Of a stretch of DNA of 64,000 nt, positions 60,807-64,000 are shown piece by piece (position 1 is the first letter of the stretch; every line of letters starts with the position of its first letter). A model generated the notes under the pieces. The model was not told where the DNA came from. It ran no database searches and worked only from the letters and a program-made list of their open reading frames with translations. The stretch is taken from the NCBI GenBank assembly GCA_963746775.1, contig CAVVCK010000002.1, positions 11,571 through 75,570 on the forward strand. The letters are read 5' to 3'. Both the position numbers and the translations under genes were made by a program. The stretch comes from an uncultured bacterium. Lineage in GTDB: Bacteria; Patescibacteriota; JABMPQ01; CAVVCK01.

Positions 60807-62339
60807 TAAGTCTTGATTAACTTTATAAACAATAATTTTAATATCTCCATCCTGCATTTCATATACATTTTCAACATAATTCAGATATTCTAGAGAATCT
60901 CCAAATTTCCAATTATACTGTTGAGGAAACCATCCTATGGGTGCATTACGATAATAGATATAAGCTATTTGATTATTTTTTAAATAATTTTTAGCAATTT
61001 TAGAAGAAGGATCTTGTACAAACGGGCTATCTAAGGATGTGAAAATAGTTTTTTTATCATTTAAAAGTAAATCGAAAGGTCCTTTTCTTACTTCTTCGCC
61101 CATAGATGGACTTAGTAAGATAGTACTCCCATCTGAGGTATTATTTTTTAACCATTCGACTGTACTATTATCTCCTCTTAGAAGTTGTGATTTATAAGCT
61201 AAATATTTATCTATTCCCTTGGGAACATTAATAAATAGAAGAATAGAAAAAGCTACTATAGATATAATCTGACATAGTTTATTGTTTTTAAGATATTTTA
61301 GGAAACTAATAATGAAAAAGGCTGAAAAAATGTTGATTATTAAAGCTAATTCTCGAATAACTCTTATTGGATCAGGACTAAAATGTGTAGTAGAACCTAG
61401 AATGAATACAGATAGCCAGCTTAAACAAAATAAAAAGATAATAGTTTTTTTAGCTACCAACTTAGGTATAAAAAACAATGATAGAAATGCAAAAACTAGT
61501 AGATCAAATCCAATCATATCTTTTAATTCCGAAAAACTGGGAACTTTTTGGATATTAATTCCTTGAACTTGACTGCTAGAAGATATTTCTCCTGTTGTTA
61601 TAGTTGATTTAATAGTAGAAAATAAAATTGGAGCAAAATAATCTCCTAAATACCAAAACCAAGCTGGAATAATAGCTAGCACTATAATTAATAAATAAAA
61701 TATTAATATATTTTTTAAAAACTTTGGTTTTTTATTCTTTACAAAATGATAAATTATAAATATTACCGTAAAAAGTCCTAAAATTAATAGAGCATATAAA
61801 AAAGATAATAAATGGAAGATATGAAGAGAAATAAAAATTATAGCTGCGGAGAAACAATAACCAAGTTTACCACTATGAATTAATTTTAAAAATAAATAAA
61901 AAAAGACAAACATCAAAAATTCTGCTGATATGATATCTGCAAATGTCCCATCAGACCAAATCCAATTAGGATGGCTAGAGATTAAAGCAGAGATAATAAC
62001 CACCAATAAGGCTGTTTTAAAACCAAAAATGTAACGTACTAGTACGAAAATAGACAAAAAACAAAGAATAAGTAAAAATGGAGCAAAATACATAACTATA
62101 TTAATAGCATCAGTTCCAATAAATAATGCTAATATGGCAAGAAATATGTGCATTCCTTGAGTATATTCTTGCTTTAGATAACCATTGTTAAGTATAAAAT
62201 CAACAAGAGTAATATGATAGGCAGCATCTCCTCCTGATGGATAAATATATTGGTATTTAAACAAACTAAAATAAACTAAAAATATAAGGAATAAAAATAA
62301 TATTGAAATTATTAATGATTTTATGTTTATAGATTTCAT
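60798..62339 (-). CDS. Polytopic membrane protein, GT-C-like (paralog of 49133)
   Basis: PSGGD..YH, DGTFADIISAEF (cf. DGTYLDLISAEF), VEWLKNNT. Confidence 0.7.
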   Translation of the reverse strand: MKSINIKSLIISILFLFLIFLVYFSLFKYQYIYPSGGDAAYHITLVDFILNNGYLKQEYTQGMHIFLAILALFIGTDAINIVMYFAPFLLILCFLSIFVLVRYIFGFKTALLVVIISALISSHPNWIWSDGTFADIISAEFLMFVFFYLFLKLIHSGKLGYCFSAAIIFISLHIFHLLSFLYALLILGLFTVIFIIYHFVKNKKPKFLKNILIFYLLIIVLAIIPAWFWYLGDYFAPILFSTIKSTITTGEISSSSQVQGINIQKVPSFSELKDMIGFDLLVFAFLSLFFIPKLVAKKTIIFLFCLSWLSVFILGSTTHFSPDPIRVIRELALIINIFSAFFIISFLKYLKNNKLCQIISIVAFSILLFINVPKGIDKYLAYKSQLLRGDNSTVEWLKNNTSDGSTILLSPSMGEEVRKGPFDLLLNDKKTIFTSLDSPFVQDPSSKIAKNYLKNNQIAYIYYRNAPIGWFPQQYNWKFGDSLEYLNYVENVYEMQDGDIKIIVYKVNQDLLF

Positions 62340-64000
62340 TAAATTTGTTCTATTTCTATTGATTTAAGATATAAATCCATAACATTATTATAAAATAACT
62401 TAAATTCCAGATTTTTATCAGCTCCACTATTTTCGAAAATAATTGAATGTTTTTTAAATATATTACTAATATCTTGGGGGGATATATTCTCTCGTTTTAT
62501 AACTTCTTGTTTATTAAGGTCAGAAATTTCTATAAAAGCAGCATTTTCCTCAGAATTTTTATCATTTATATTTTCTCCTTTCAGATTAAAACTTATTTTA
62601 TATTGTCCCTTTGGTAACGACCAGTATGGCCCGAAAGCCATAAAAGCAGCTTTATCAACATCTCTTTGGGCAAATAAAATATCTTTATTGTCTTGCTGTA
62701 TAATTTTACCAGTTATATGTGGAATATTATTAGCTGAAATTGCCATTTTAGGTACATTTTTAATTTCATACAAAGATGCTTCTTGCTCATCTGTTAATTT
62801 TTTAGAATATATTTTTTGAAGTTCAAATTTATCTTTTGGATTAGCAAATTCTGCACCAGGATATGGTTTGGTGATAATTGAATCCATATCGACATTATAG
62901 AAAATTGCATAGTCAGCTTGGAGTGCGTTATTTGAGGAATAGGGATATTTAATTTCAGTTAGGAAGTCATCTTGTTTTATATAATACTGAAAATTTTCTT
63001 TATTAAAATAAGATGTATTTTTATAATACATATTCAAGATTGCTTTTTCTTCGAAATCACCATTATTTCCTATTTCTTTCAAAAATTCTTGAATATAATT
63101 ATTTTCAGAATCATTTTTTAATTTAAAAACAAGCAATTCGTCATCTTCATAAAAGAAATCAAATAAATCTAACTTATTAATTAATTCTTGATAATTACTT
63201 TTTTCAACATCTAATAAATATTTTTTATTCATTACTACATATTCAATTTTTTGCTGAATGACATTTTCTTTGATAGCATCCAGATTATTAAATATTTCTA
63301 ACTTGATTCCATTATTTATTTTTCGATCCATATTAAGAAATGGGTATGAGAAAATATTATTTTTATAATCATCTACGATATTTGTCTTATTCATATCATA
63401 ATCAATTAATTTAGAATCTAATATCTTTTTTTCTCCATACATTTCTGGCTCAAAGCTATAATTTGTATGAACTGGATATTGCCAGATATTTGAACCGTTA
63501 ATATCATAATAAATTTTTGGTATAGTAATATCATTAACTTCTTCATATTTGACATTGCTTATGGCAATAGTTTTGAATCTTTCATCCTCATTATTAACAA
63601 TTTGTGGATTATTATTTATATCAGCAATATTAAATTTTATTTCGTTTTCGCCTGGCTTAAGATCATCAATATAAATTTCATATGCTTTTCTTATTGGTCC
63701 AACCACATACCCCCCTTTTATATTATCATTTAGTAAAATATTTACTCGTCGAAATTCTTCTCTAGAATTTATTTCAAAATATAATTTTATTTTTTTATTT
63801 TCTTTAGAAAAATTATTTACAATCAAAGTTGAATTATTTAATGACCATTTATAGATATTATTTTCTTCATTATTTTCTGTATAACTAGACCAATTTTCTC
63901 CCTCAGACAATATTATATCTTTATTTGGTTGATATCCTATTTCATACACAAGAGTATCCTTGTCTTCCGTTTTTTCTGAATAATTAATTGAAGTTTCTAT
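62339..64000 (-). CDS. Extracytoplasmic C-terminal part of a large envelope protein (runs off the window end)
   Basis: Frame open to nt 64000; beta-rich domains (YKWS..STL; FGPYWSLPKGQYKISF). Confidence 0.75.
   Translation of the reverse strand: METSINYSEKTEDKDTLVYEIGYQPNKDIILSEGENWSSYTENNEENNIYKWSLNNSTLIVNNFSKENKKIKLYFEINSREEFRRVNILLNDNIKGGYVVGPIRKAYEIYIDDLKPGENEIKFNIADINNNPQIVNNEDERFKTIAISNVKYEEVNDITIPKIYYDINGSNIWQYPVHTNYSFEPEMYGEKKILDSKLIDYDMNKTNIVDDYKNNIFSYPFLNMDRKINNGIKLEIFNNLDAIKENVIQQKIEYVVMNKKYLLDVEKSNYQELINKLDLFDFFYEDDELLVFKLKNDSENNYIQEFLKEIGNNGDFEEKAILNMYYKNTSYFNKENFQYYIKQDDFLTEIKYPYSSNNALQADYAIFYNVDMDSIITKPYPGAEFANPKDKFELQKIYSKKLTDEQEASLYEIKNVPKMAISANNIPHITGKIIQQDNKDILFAQRDVDKAAFMAFGPYWSLPKGQYKISFNLKGENINDKNSEENAAFIEISDLNKQEVIKRENISPQDISNIFKKHSIIFENSGADKNLEFKLFYNNVMDLYLKSIEIEQI

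Overview
Very AT-rich bacterial DNA in the standard code (TGA is a stop). Gene content (DUF4012, FG-GAP-like surface proteins, rpmA-pyrG-rplI-acyP-ctpA, few Shine-Dalgarno sites) suggests Patescibacteria/CPR, probably Parcubacteria-like; this is inference. 0-9 kb: housekeeping genes (ahcY 3' end, fmt, frameshifted def, priA, frameshifted amrA, WecB/TagA, gltX, M23 peptidase). 9.2-10.6 kb: a largely non-coding gap with a 28-bp 11-6-11 dif-like site, where the G/C balance appears to flip, so a probable replication terminus. 10.6-31.5 kb: secreted/surface proteins, iscS-iscU preceded by an orphan Phd/YefM-like gene and a REP-flanked RAYT transposase remnant, then housekeeping and envelope genes. 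31.8-40.2 kb: a higher-GC defence island (Zn-ribbon protein, mrr, hsdM, hsdS, trypsin-like serine protease, hsdR). 40.3-64 kb: a large glycosylation locus with 3 flippases, GT2/GT4 enzymes and GT-C-like membrane proteins. The best candidate for an undescribed system is the intact stand-alone cytoplasmic serine protease between hsdS and hsdR, the slot PrrC occupies in EcoprrI. I saw no rRNA, tRNA or CRISPR array. All calls are by eye; no searches were run.
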